A stretch of 64,000 bases of DNA from positions 992,001-1,056,000 of the forward strand of contig NW_027270906.1 of assembly GCF_040938485.1 (NCBI RefSeq). The letters are read 5' to 3'. The stretch comes from Diadema antillarum (Eukaryota). The stretch's first letter is position 1. Each line of letters begins with the position of its first letter. Shown here in pieces: positions 50,401 to 63,023 of the stretch. A program made the translations under genes and the position numbers. Below the pieces are notes generated by a model that saw nothing but the letters and a program-made list of their open reading frames with translations, searched no databases and was not told where the DNA came from.

Positions 50401-53400
50401 TGTAGCTGAGACTTTACGCTACCGTAAGTGTGCCCTTCGTTTTTTCATACGATGTCGGAATCACGTCACAAATTTTGGTTGAAATTCAGGCTTATCTTCG
50501 ATGTATTGAGATATTTCTTTCTTTCTGCAACTTTCTTTGCAATAACTCAAGAAAAACACGCCCTATCACTTCTATATTTTGCACATGTTTAGTTCATGTC
50601 ACGTACATTATTTCATAAAACAACAACTACTTGATCAGACACCATCTTGGGTATGTAAATTAGGGTCAAAGGTCATAAGTGTTTCATCCTGTATCTTAGT
50701 GAATACCTGTCCTATCTTTCCCATATTTTGCAAACGCAAAGACCATGTTACAAGGATCATTTCACAAAATAACCACTTTTTACTCAGATACCATCTTGTC
50801 TGTGCAAATTGAGGTCAAAGGTCATATGTACCTCTTTTTGTATCTTCGTTATGACGTGTTATCTCTATGGGAGGGAATTTTTTTAAATGTGAAAATTGAC
50901 ATGATTGTCTTTATCGAGCACTAGCTCACTTATCCTTCGGTGAATTTCTCTTAGATTTTAATATGTTGTAGCTGAGACTTTGCGCTATCGATAACTTTGA
51001 TTTCGTTCTTTCATACGATGTCGGGATCACGATAAAAAACTTGGTTGAAATTAAAGCTTATCTTCTATGTATTGAGATATTTCTTTCTTTCTGCAACTTT
51101 CTTTGCAATAACTCAAGAAAAACACGCCCTATCACCCCCATATTCTGCACATGTTTAGTTCATGTCACGTACATTATTTCATAAAATAACAACTACTTGA
51201 TCGGACAACATCTTGGGTATGTAAATTAGGGTCAAAGGTCATAAATGTTTCATCTTGTATCTTGGCGAATACCTGTCCTATCTTTTCCATATTTTGCACA
51301 CGTATAGACGATGTCGCAAGAATCATTTCACAAAATAACCACTTTTTCCTCAGATGCCATCTTGGGAGTGTAAAGGTGGGTCAAAGGTCATATGTATTTG
51401 TTGTTGTATCTTCGTTATCTAGTGTATACGGAATTTGGTACCAAAGATGGCAGATATGACTCCCTTTTCTAAACGAGAATTCAAACATCACACGGCCAAC
51501 GTTTTTAACAACAGACGAAACCTGTATGGTCATGCCTATTGCGATCAGGACTCGAATCATTGATGAAAAAAAAAATCGGATCACCTTAATTTGTCAGTAA
51601 TGACAAATTACAATCTCTAGTCCATTTTGTTTCTGGTGCCCTTGGCCAAATTGTCTTTTACAGCCTCCTTCCCCTTGGCCCTGCATTATGGCTTCCCTTG
51701 AGGTTTTGCAGCGTAAAGCATTAATGTCATGTAGGAAATTGGCTGTACGCAAAACCAGAGCCAGAACCAAAACATTGAGCCCTTGGATTAAAAAAACAAA
51801 AGTAGGGAAGCAAAGACTGTTCTCCCTGTAAAATCTAGAGGATTGGCTGAGGTACAATATACTCATCTAAAGGCTTGTAACACCTTGTCCACCCTCTCCA
51901 TTTCTTCTACAGATGTTTTAATTACGGGGCATGACATGATAATTTTGTTTGTGTGTGTGCCATAATCATGTTTGCCTCTCCTACAAATGTGGCCTTGAAA
52001 AACATAGTAGAAGAAATATGATGCCATAGAATTCTTTGGTGAAATGTCCTTTCTCTCTTGTGTGGACCTCAGAGATCATACATTGCTCAAGTTTAGGTGA
52101 TTTTGATCTTCTCCACTTCTTTGTCAAAAATCAATGTTGTGTTTATAGGGTTTATGACTCCTGGACCCCATTTTATCAAAAGATATAATCAGTTATAAAT
52201 TTCCTTAACACACAGGCTGCCATACACTTATGATAGAAATCAACTATATAATCAATTATAACTCTTCATAAAACAGGGCCCTGGTTATAGGGGAGAGTAG
52301 CTGAAAACGTTTAGTTTGATTATATGTAGTAAGAACAGTTTGTAAAGCAGGAAGATGGAACCAGAATCTGAGATGCAACACACATGTTTTCTACTCAGTT
52401 CAGGAAAGTGAAATTGTTGATATTGAATACTCGACATAAATGATTTTATTGGCATGCTCTGACTTAGTACTTCGAGTGCAGTTTTGTTTGCCCAGTGAGC
52501 GTGACATTGATTTTTCGTGTTGAAACTGGATATGTAATACCATGCCACAACTTTTGCAATTAGTAACTAATCTGATTGACTGAAAGGTATCCAGATGGTA
52601 CACATGTTCTGTACAGCCCGTAGTGCACAAAATGTTTTTGTATTCTTGTTGCCTTGGAGATGCAGTTGTATACATGTATAGCAAGGAGAAGTAACTATTA
52701 AGGAGAGTGATTGTGTAGGTTAATCACAAATGAATCCATTCTGTTTATGCCCAGCATATTGTATCAAATTTCATGCATGTTTGGACACATTGTATTTTGT
52801 TATCCGTAAAGCTGTGATAGAGTTTAAATGTACTCTTCAGTTTGGATGTGGTTTAATAGGATTTTGATTCTACAACTTCATAAAATTCTTCTGTCATTAT
52901 TCATAAGGTTGTACTTCGATGAAGGGCAATTTGTTAATCAGTTGCAATGATTCTTCTTGTCATGATTAGTTCAACTGTGCTTAATTTTAGACAAAACCTT
53001 TTCAGAAAACATACACTGCATGAAAGTTTTGCTCTTGAATGCTAGCATGACTTATGCCAACTGGTGTTTTGCATTCATGAAATATTCTACTATAGATCAT
53101 AAATTCAAAATTTTAGTTTTTTTTTAATGACCGCCTTTTGTTATTCAAACCTTCTTTACATGTTGCTTTTCTTGTATAAAAAAAACATAGAAGTTCTGCA
53201 GTCATTTTTTTAAAATGACAATACACTGTTCTTTAGCCTTTGATGTAGCCTATTCGTTAGACAGGTTTTCAGAGTTCCAGTGTCATTTAAACTCTGCGAT
53301 AAACATTTATGTTGAAATGAAAGTTTATTTACTTTTTTTTAAAGCAGTGAATATTTCTACATGTAGGGGATGCATTGTTTCTTTTTACTGTGAATAAGTG

Positions 53401-56400
53401 TACCAGGAAGTCCATATTAGTGTAAATGTCAATTATACCAGGGAGGTGGACCACCTCCCTGATTATACATTGAAAGTTCAGTTTTTGGTTGAACCCAAGC
53501 CTTAATTTCTACTAACTATCCAGGCACTACAGAACCTAGTGGACATATCATATTGAGATTATATATCAGAGAGAGAGAGAGAGAGAGAAAGAGAGGGAGA
53601 GAGAATGGGAGGGTGGAAGAAAGAGTCTAATAGTAAGATAGATAAGGGTAGGGGATGATTAATAACGCTAATTTGCTAAATGGGCTACAATCAATCTCAT
53701 GCAGTAGCAGCTTGCTGGAAAGTAGGTGGAATTACTTTGAAAATCAAATTGATGTTAGAAACACACAAATGGACTCGTGGAGGGATAAACTATAAAATGG
53801 TGTATGTATTTGGCCGAGGCATACAACACTTGTGCCTTTTTTAGCACCTGGTTCTTGCTTTTTTTCCCCTAAAGTTTAAGATAAGTACTGTTTATTTGAC
53901 TTGACATAGGCTTGAATGTGAATGATACAGTTTAGCAATTCATTTTTTTTATAGAAACTATAACAGCTGCACTTTATTTCTAGCAAACAAAGTTAAAATG
54001 TGTAATTCTGTAATGTGTGGTTTAACAAGATGTTGCTTTAAAACAACTAACCCTTTCTTTGCCAGGGACTTTAGACATTTAATAGCTGCATTTCACAGAC
54101 AAAATAGCAAGATAATGATTGCAATCCAAATCTCAAAGATTTGTCGTGCCCGTTCAGACAGACAGAAATATCCCGCCAATTGCCAATCATGATAATTTGT
54201 CAAACAAAATGCACATGCCCGAAATCTACCAAAATTGTGACTCTAAATTGGCCTTTCAGTGGCAGATCCAGGTGAGGGCACACCTGGCACGCGCCCCCTT
54301 TATTTTTTGTTAAAACAAAAGAAACAAAAAAAAAAAGGGGGCACGTGCGCCCCCCTTAAATTTTGAAAGGCACAGTTCAATCATGGGTGTTTTGAATGAT
54401 GGAAGGAAAATCTTGAGATTTTTTGCTTCAGCGTTCTCAAACTCGCCACAGTTCGTATCATCCTGCTATTTCTGTTGTGTTGATTCTGAAACAATCACAA
54501 GATTTCTTGGAAGTTGGATTGCAACGGTGATTGTGCTGTTTACTGGGACTGGGATTTTTGTGTCCACACTGGCAAAGATTTGGAGATTTGGATTGTGCAA
54601 AGCATGCAAATCTCAAGATTTGTATCCTGCTAATTTGCGTCAGTATGAATCCTGCTAGTGTGTACAACGCTTAAGTGTTTTTTTCTTGTTCTTTTTAATG
54701 CCGATCGCCACTCCAAGCATAAAGAGGATTAACTGAACATCAAATTCGTCTCAAGGGCAGTAGAGTGGATAAACAGAGAGAGAGAAAGAGATGTAATACT
54801 TACAGTAAATTGTGCCTCCACTATGTAATATTACTGAATGCAGTCTTTTAATTTAGATTAGTTTTTTTTCCCAGCAAGATATCAATTTCTCTTTATATGG
54901 AGAAAGAGAGGGAGAGACAATGTCCTACAGCAAAGTTGTCATGGCAACAAATTGGCTATCTGTCAAACTGAAAGAAATCCATCTGCATGCATTACATAAG
55001 CCATGATGGATTGTCATTTTAATTTCATTTCTGCCTCTCGCACCAATGATAAAATTGCGAAACGGGGAGAGCTCGACAATAACTCGGCCGTGGTTCCCCG
55101 GGGGCTGCCACCTGAACAAACACAATTAAGTGAATTTTTTTTTTTGAAATTCCCTCCCCATCTGCTTCGCGGTCAATATTTGCGGACGTGGGATTGGAAT
55201 AAACTGGAGTAAAGTGGCATTTTTCTTTATATTTAAATGGATAAAGTGATGAAGGAAAGAGAGTAAACGTTTTTCGGTGCGCTGCGTGCTCAGTCTGCGA
55301 TTTTTTTAATCAACCTGTGCGGGGTATCAATTACGAGTGTTTATACGGAGATGGAAATGTAGATATACCGTCATATTAGCGGTAAACCAAAGTCTTCTTT
55401 CTGAAGGTATGCTGCCCTACTGCGTGTTTGAATGGAGATGAACTGTGACAATATTTATAACTGCAAAGCTAACAAATTCCTGTATGCAGTCTACATGTAT
55501 ACAATACTATCATTCTTTCTATGACTTGGTGTCGTCATGGTGGTGATAACTACAGTTGTATATTATTATGCATTATCATCATTATTATTTAAGGCATTAC
55601 TGTACAAATTATAAACACAATATTGGTATTTAAAGGAAATGAATTTACACATTGCACATCATGTATATTAAATTTTAACATACCAAAGCTGCAGGAAACT
55701 CCCCAAACTAATTACACAATTACTGGTGATGTATGAATATTACCAACTGTATCCATCTGCTGTTTATCAAATAAGTGTATTTGAGGGGAAAAAAAGTAAA
55801 GATATATTTGCAACAAAGCTTGACATGTATCAATTGTGTGGCAATATATCGTAACTTTAAATGTGAATGATGCACAAGTCACGTACCAAAATAATGAGCG
55901 AAAAGAAATTCTGTCAGACGAAGTGATGATGAGTCTTCTATTCAAATAAATTTCCCCTCCAGTTTTGCTTGTTGTTAATACATGGTTTGATTGATTCCCA
56001 CAATTGAAATGACTTTATTGACAAGCTTTGATTGCTTCTCCATTGTCCAGTCATAGCTATGCAATACTGGTCAAGAATCTGGTCTTGAAAGATCAATGGC
56101 AGAATAGTAGCAGGCAACAAAACAGTTGTCAGGCATCCATCTTCCATTCCTGATATTAATATTGTATCTTGATTTGAATGAGCGCTGTAGAGAGTGTGTG
56201 TTTATGACATTGTCATGGTAACCAGTCAACAGAGTGGAGTTTTTATTTTTTTTCTCTTGTTTTTTTTTTTTTGAAACAAGCATCCACTCTATTCTAATTG
56301 AAAAAAAAAAAATTAAAGGGGGAAAGAAATGTAATACCATCATTCATGAATTTTGATATTGGATGGTACTTTTTCCATCTTGACCTTACACTGTGATGCA

Positions 56401-58576
56401 TTTCCGGGTAATGGAATTGACCATGAAGAACTTATGTTGTTGCTGCTTTTGTTGCTTTTTAATCTTCAGGCAATTTCATTTGCCTCATCGTGACACTATG
56501 GATGCGATTAGTGGCGGGGTACCAAATGTTTTACATGCAACTTGTAACCCTCTCTTCCTTGCTGCCTAGTCAGATTTCCATCGAACCAAATTACTCATTT
56601 ATTATTTAAACCACTCTGTTGTTGCTAAGGCAGCAGAAGTGCAGAGAATAGTATTATGTCACAGAGCTTGTGCGGTGGCATATTGTAGAACATCTGTAAA
56701 TTTCAGAGGCTTGAAATATTGACAAGTCACTTTCGAATTTTAGCACCTTGTACTTAAGGCTGTAGTATGAAACTCAATTAACACAAACTATTAACTGAAT
56801 TTCGTGAAATAGAAAGACTTGATAATAAAATTGTCAGTGTCACAGGCACCACCATATTTCTTCTCTCTTTTTGTTTCAATTAATTGGCCAAACCTTTGCT
56901 GGTGTGGTTAATACACCACCAGAAAATAGTTAGCAAGTCTTATTTATTATTGCAAAGTCGACACTAAAAACATGTGTATTTGAAATGAGAGTAAACTTGC
57001 TTTGCCAGGAAATAATTATTTCATAAGTAGTAAATGTTGTCTACACTGTATTATTATTGAATGTTCACCAGTTAGTACTGTACTTCTGTGGCTGAACATA
57101 TCGTAAAATCCCATGAAGATTAAATCATCAATTGTGTAATGGAGATGGAGGGATTTGCTTTCTTTCCTTCATGTGCACATGTATTTATACTGTACAATGA
57201 GGAATGTTCGCATGCATTTTAATTTCGCGAACACCAAGATTCACAAAATTAAAATGTACGCGAAATTTTTGTCTACACGATGCATTGAACGCCAGTGGCA
57301 ATTCGCGAAAATTTCAAGCCACGAAAAAGGCCATTGGCTCCAATTCGCGAAAATTTTGTGCCACGAATATATCATGTTTTACAGTACATGTTTTTTTTTC
57401 TCTGATGTGAAGTCAATGCAGCACAAAGGATAATAATGCTCCAAATTCACAAAATCAGGCTCATTTGTGCATCTTACTCAAGCAGTGAGGGGAATGATAC
57501 GCTCACCAGAGCAGTCACGATCATGGAGTGATCTCAGCTGTCAAGTAACAAAGGCTCATCAAATCAAGTCTGCTCCATTGCTGGGCGCAGATTTGATATT
57601 TGCGAGTGATTGGATTCTCCTTTTTTTTGGGGGGGGGGGGGATGGGGGTAATTCACAGGCCCTGACGCTGAGCTCTGTTACCATGGCAATGTGATAAATA
57701 TTTTGCAAAGTTATGAACCTATTTGTCAACAGCCACTGAGAATGAAAATGTCCACCATGTAGGCCTATGTCATGAATGATTAAACATTTTGTAAATGTCA
57801 TGCAACCTGAGTGTGCAGTTGATAGAGAATGACTGCTCAATTTTAGAGTCAGTGAAATGACATGAACAGCGACTAAGCTGTAGAACACCCAGCTGTGGGC
57901 AGTGTATGACATTCATATTTTAAAGTTATCTGTCATACTTTCCCTCACAATGCAAATTCATTCTGCTTTGTCTGTTTGAGTGGCCTTGGAGAGGGCTGTT
58001 GTGAGGCATAACTTATGAAAGAAACATTGCCTGTTATTGGGCAGATGTCATGTTGAGTTTCAGGAAGGAAAATACAGTGTTATGGATAAAAGGGATACTA
58101 TATACTGTACTACATGTAGTCCCACTGAGGCCCATGGTCTTGAATGTCATGGGCATCACTCATACAAACATGCACACATTTTCGTGGCTTGAAATTTTCA
58201 CAAACTAACACTGGCATTCAGTGCGTACAGTACAGATTTCGCCAATCTTGGCTCTCACAAAATCAAAATGCACCCGAACATTGATATGGTTTTACAGTAG
58301 CTAGAAATCCTCCAAATAGTCTCATCACCATGGAAACACATTAATATGATGACAATAAGGGGAGTATCCAAACATGTTTCACAATTTCCCGTCACAGTGA
58401 TGAAGCCATGCGAATGCTCAACCAACATGGAATCGTAATGATATGACAGTGTTGTGTAATATGTTTTGTTTGTCTCTTCAATATTTAGGAGGAGGTTTAT
58501 GAGCTGACTACCAAAGATCTGATCCAGAGTGTCACACAGGGGTTCAATGCCACTGTCTTTGCCTATGGAGCCACAG
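38432..58576 (+). CDS. KIF19: Kinesin-8 family motor KIF19, first four coding exons (gene continues beyond window)
   Basis: Exons 38432-38470 (MAGKSEWRENQLM), 40953-41033 (VALRIRPLTPLEAERGAEIIAHAVEDT), 48974-49084 (IVVLRDPTDDPDDVLRANRSREKHYVFDRAFDATSTQ) and 58489-58576 (EEVYELTTKDLIQSVTQGFNATVFAYGAT-G). All are GT-AG and in frame, ending at the start of the P-loop. QLMVALRIRP and DPDDVLRANRSRE are characteristic of KIF19. Confidence 0.92.
38616..38827. mobile_element. Near-perfect foldback MITE in KIF19 intron 1
   Basis: GGAAAGAGTTCCTTATGT..CCCCACTA / TAGTGGGGGGAACATAAGGAACTCTTTCC, plus an inner AAACTAAATAAAGGTTATGC arm pair. Confidence 0.75.
40279..40519. mobile_element. MITE with GCATACTTGCCAAC TIRs and internal TAAGAT repeats
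   Basis: GCATACTTGCCAAC ... GTTGGCAGGTATGC. Confidence 0.65.
41110..41152. mobile_element. 43-bp CA...TG hairpin insertion with 7-bp target duplication (P-element-like remnant)
   Basis: GTTATAG|CATGGACCTACATGGACCTACAAC-GAAAA-GTTGTAGGTCCATG|GTTATAG. Confidence 0.6.
41398..41972. mobile_element. Kolobok-like MITE (family 2), inverted relative to the 23930 copy
   Basis: Same TIRs and TTAA duplication; the internal sequence is the reverse complement of 23930-24497. Confidence 0.85.
46900..48200 (-). mobile_element. Highly degenerate LINE RT remnants
   Basis: Fragments such as KQVKLLMEY and ICADVSAL loosely resemble the KAQVRSLMEY and FADD motifs; many frameshifts. Confidence 0.25.
49261..51586. 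mobile_element. Non-autonomous Helentron-type (HINE/DINE-1-like) element in KIF19 intron 3
   Basis: Terminal hairpin AGGTGATCCGAG-tatcct-CTCGGATCACCT, followed by a (CTT)n microsatellite, a 566-bp internal duplication (50331 versus 50897), a distal TCGGATCACCT subterminal inverted repeat and T-rich flanks. Confidence 0.6.
52164..52280. mobile_element. PIF/Harbinger-like MITE with CTG target duplication
   Basis: CTG|GACCCCATTTTATC ... CATAAAACAGGGCC|CTG. Confidence 0.6.
53439..53461. mobile_element. 23-bp CA...TG palindrome with 7-bp target duplication (P-element-like remnant)
   Basis: ATTATAC|CAGGGAGGTGG-A-CCACCTCCCTG|ATTATAC. Confidence 0.6.
54935..54948. promoter_or_regulatory. RFX X-box (GTTGTCATGGCAAC) in KIF19 intron 3
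   Basis: One mismatch from the palindromic consensus GTTGCCATGGCAAC, next to a CpG-rich patch at about 55050-55400. Confidence 0.55.
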
Positions 58577-61380
58577 GTATGTCTCTTCCAGCACACCAAC
58601 CAATCTCATCACTATACAATTTGTGGTATAAGGATGCATAATGCATACATGTAATGCAATTTCTATTGTGTTACATCTTTGATTGTTTTCCTCTATTTTC
58701 ATTTGATTAACCTCAATTAACTAAGGATAATCATTCACTGTATCTTTTCATAATCAGATGTTACTCCACAAACTAAAATATATAGAAAATGCATTCATTA
58801 GGTTGTCTACATGAGAGAAAATGGGCTTTTTTGAAGTTCTGAGTCCATTAAAGTGTGCTAACTCATATTTCATTGTGTGCACATGAAAGATGGACTTAAA
58901 TAGCCATGGTAACAGCTCTGATGTGATATCAGATTATCCTAAGACTTTGCATGCCCATCAGGTACATTCTATGCATGATTATTTCAAAGAATGCCAAAAC
59001 TATCACTGTCTGTCTAGGAAAAAAGATTTTCACTGAATTCGTTTGTACAGCTGTAAGCACCTCAAAAGTTAGAAATATAGAAAAAGAAAGTCTGCTAAAG
59101 AAATATGGGTCTACTGTCAGCAGTTAGAAAAATATATCCTTTATGTGATCATATACTCCCTAACTTCATCTGTAAAAGAAACATCTGTTCTGAAAATAGT
59201 AGAAACTTAGAAATGAATATTCTTGACATAAAGCACATATTTTTAATTTTTTGTGGGGTTTTCCAGTGCAAGATTACATAATAGAGATGGAAGAAAAAAC
59301 AACAACTACTAGGCACATCAATAAGTGGTAGACTGTAGAGCAATAGATGTATAGCTCCTACAGACTAAAAAAAAATGAAACTGGAGTTCTTGAAAGTGGG
59401 GAAGGGGTCATGGACAGATAATTGTGTGCAGAATCTTTTGGAAAACCATATGGGATGGTACAAGACCACTCTGTCAATATTTATTTCTCTAGCAAAACAA
59501 AGCAAAACAGAACAGACAAGGCTTTAGGGGATCAATCATGCTAACGCACTTTCAGTACTGGGATACCTCAGCATGGACTTGCAATTTAAATTGCTTGGAG
59601 TGTGCTGAAGCTTTTTTGCACCCATTAGAGAAAGGCAATTATGCGAATGTCACATCGTTTCAAGCAGTGAGCCCCGACACGTGAAAAAATTTATGAGGTG
59701 GAACACTTGAAATGCCATTAGTAAATTATTCTGCTCGTATCCGTAAGGAGAGTTCGATTAGAAGTCCAGTTTTGCACAGCAAAAGTATGAATTATGTAGC
59801 AGGGATTTGTAAATTTATGTGATAAAAATTATGATTCATGTCATGCCTAGAAATGTTCATATATTCCATTTATACACAAAGTTTGGGTGCAGGAGTGCTC
59901 CAGAAGTGCTTTGACCTATGACCCTTTGAGTTTGTTCATACAGAGAATCACTGTGTACAGAGACCATGCGCAAAATTGGCTGAGAGGGCATAACTCTCAG
60001 GGTGACCTTCGCGTGTGTGGGAACTTCTATACTACTGTATATGCCATATATTTAGCGAGTCTAAATTTTTGCGAATCAGGACTTCGCGAAAATTTGTGAG
60101 TGGTTATAAAATTTGTGGACATGTAGTACAGTTTTGCATTTGTGTTTGTGTGCATGGACGTGTGGGTTCTCATAAGGGGCTTAAAAGTTTAGGATAATAT
60201 TATCGTGATTTCAATCCATCCAACCAGGGATGCATTTCAAAATGGGCATATGATGCTACATAATTCAGAGTATTTATGGTAAAACAAATGAAAAAGTGCT
60301 TTTTAAGGCCCTAAGGGTAACTTGTGGGTTGTAATACATCTGCCCGTTCTACTTATTTAGTGCCTGGATGTGGACAAATAGTGCTTCACATGGGGAAATT
60401 CTAAGAATTTTACATGAATCCTAGATTTTTGTGTATGCTCCTATACACTAGATGAATCCTACTTTTTTACTTACAATAAAACTGAAGTCAAATATTTTTT
60501 GATGGTTTTCAATTTCAATTGTCAATTTATGGAAAGAAAGTTTGTTTGTTTGGTTTTTTTTCAAAAAGAAATAATGGAATACGCCCTGTTACAGTTTTGT
60601 ACCTTGAGCAGACTACATGTATCATATCCCCAGCTAGAGCCTCTCATGAGAATGTGTGCGTGCGTGTGCGTGTGTCCCATATTTTTCATTCTATTTGCCT
60701 GTGAATAATATGGTGTGTGTAGCGTCATTGAAATGCTTCATGCTGTTGCTGAGAACCTCCAACCAGAGAAATGCATGAATGCTGGTCTAAATACCCACAA
60801 TCTGTAATTGACAAGCTGTCAGTAATGAGTCCAGGAACCTTTCAGGTGGAGTTTGCCTTCCCTGATGCTCTCTCAAGATTTAATTCAATAAGTTGAATTT
60901 GTGTACATTCAAACTCTATAATAGTTGGGAAGAACAGAAGAACGTATATAACTGAACTATCCGAGTCGCTGAATATGGAAAATAATTGAGACAACAAATC
61001 TTTGAATAGAGCAGTTGGCAATATGCAGACCAATTCAATTTCTCATCTTATGTGTCAAAATTATTTTTTTAAAGTGTCATTTTGTGAAAGTGCTGCACAA
61101 GTTTGGACTTGCAGAAGTACATGATGCCCAGATTGTCTCAAGTCATCCAGTTGTTGTTTTTTTTTTTGCATTTTACTTTTTTTTCTCTCTGTCGCTGTCT
61201 CTGTTTCTCTTTGGTTTTTCTTGTTTGTGCAGTTCTCAATTTTTTCTCAGATATATATTGTAGCTGCTCATAAAAAATAGATGAAGAGAGGGGGAGGAGA
61301 TGCTTCAAACAAATCCTCTATAAATGCGAGCGCAGACTTCGCTAGAGGTAAAATGCTTGTGGTGGGCTATGAAATGTTAA

Positions 61381-61783
61381 AGGGGTGGTGTAGTCGTGGT
61401 TGAGGTGAGGATTCAGCCTGTAACTGTTTGCAAGATACTTTAGAAACCACTTTATAAAATCTTAAAGAGCATACAATTCTAAGTGGAATTCAAAGTTTAT
61501 TTGATGAAAATTGATTTTGAAATGGACGAGATATCCAAAAACAAAGTGATCCTAAATAAAGGTGGGTCATGGATCCCACCTTTTAGTAGGATTGCTTTGT
61601 TTTGGATATCTGAGCCATTCCAAAACCAATTTTCATCAAATAAACTGTGAATTCTTCTTGCAATTATATGCTCTTTCACATTTCATAGGAGGTTTCTCAT
61701 TATTTCAACAACAAAAAAAAAAAATCATCATAAAAAATGTTGGAAACACGTAGCCCCATCACAACTGAAGCTGTACCATCCCT
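61381..61783. mobile_element. Kolobok-like MITE (family 1), degenerate
   Basis: TTAA|AGGGGT ... CATCCCT ends and the same body motifs as the 12376 and 19466 copies. Confidence 0.6.
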
Positions 61784-62003
61784 TTGAGGTTACAAATAGT
61801 GTAGTGTTATTACCTTGAACGACAAACAAATACAGTACGCTCTTTTTTGTGTGTTGCTCAATAATATTTTAATATCTAATTTCTATATTATTTCACATAA
61901 CAAAAACATCTGAAATGTATAAACACAATATACAATCAGCAATTTTTGATCAACTAAAAAAAAAAAAAATGAGTCAGTGCGTGACCCAAAATACATATAC
62001 AGC

Positions 62004-62006
<3 letters not shown>

Positions 62007-62081
<75 letters not shown>
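62007..62081. repeat. (CA)n microsatellite
   Basis: Long pure CA run. Other microsatellites: (GA)n about 1571-1607 and 53569-53603, (ACA)n about 7888-7921, (TAAA)n about 10580-10615, (CA)n about 30778-30801, (TG)n about 62977-63016. Confidence 0.95.
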
Positions 62082-62084
<3 letters not shown>

Positions 62085-62980
62085 GACGCATTTGATTGTC
62101 ATCCTCAAACAAAGCGTGATACTGAACCAGATATCACCCTGATGAATATCTCCTGGTTAGCTAATTAGGTCAGTGGCCATCCTCAGACAGGTTCCAAAAT
62201 CACAGTGTTGTTATATTAATTACCTCTCATCGGTAGCCTTAGGAGCAACTATGTATGTTGCCTTGGTAATCGCAAATGAATTCATAAGCTACTGAAAGTG
62301 CGTCATAGGTATGTTAAACTCCAAAAGTGGTAGCATGCTATTTAGAGGAAGACCTTTGAGTTGTTGTCCCCCCCCCCCCCCCCCCCCCCCCCTGCTGTTC
62401 TTCAGTAGCAGCCTTGGATTTGAATTGGGACACAAACATTTGTAGCATCAAGGAGACTTTGCCCTCAGCCAATGTCTTGCAAAATTCATAAATTCTCAAC
62501 ATCAGGGTTGATGATGACGGATGACGACCGCTATGTTGTTGATCTGGGCATAAATCAATACAAGCCAGACAGGGGAAAGTCTCGGCACATAGTAATTAAG
62601 TGTTCTCTGTCTCGCCAGAGAACCATGATATGTGTGTGTGCCTTGCTCTCCAACGATGATAGAGTCTTCAAGAATGCCAGATAGCATCTCGACAATCTAA
62701 AATTGTTCACGTTTGATGATACTGTACATTGTACATCTTAGAACTGAAGAGTTTCCTTTGACAGTGTCCATGGTGCCATGATAGGCTGAGAGCATAAAAG
62801 ATGTCTTTTTATCCACTTTTTGGCAGTTTTGATGTGAGTTTTTGTATGTACATTAAAAGTTGTGATATCTGTTTGTCTTTAAAAAGCACTTTGCTTTGCG
62901 AAGATGTATGGCTTGAAGATAGAAATAATTCTAGAGGAGTATCATAATAAGATTAAATACCATGTGTATGCTTTGTGTGT

Positions 62981-63023
<43 letters not shown>

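Noticed and set aside
62472-62687. Short ORFs on both strands as a nested gene
   Set aside because: No recognisable domain or splice support.
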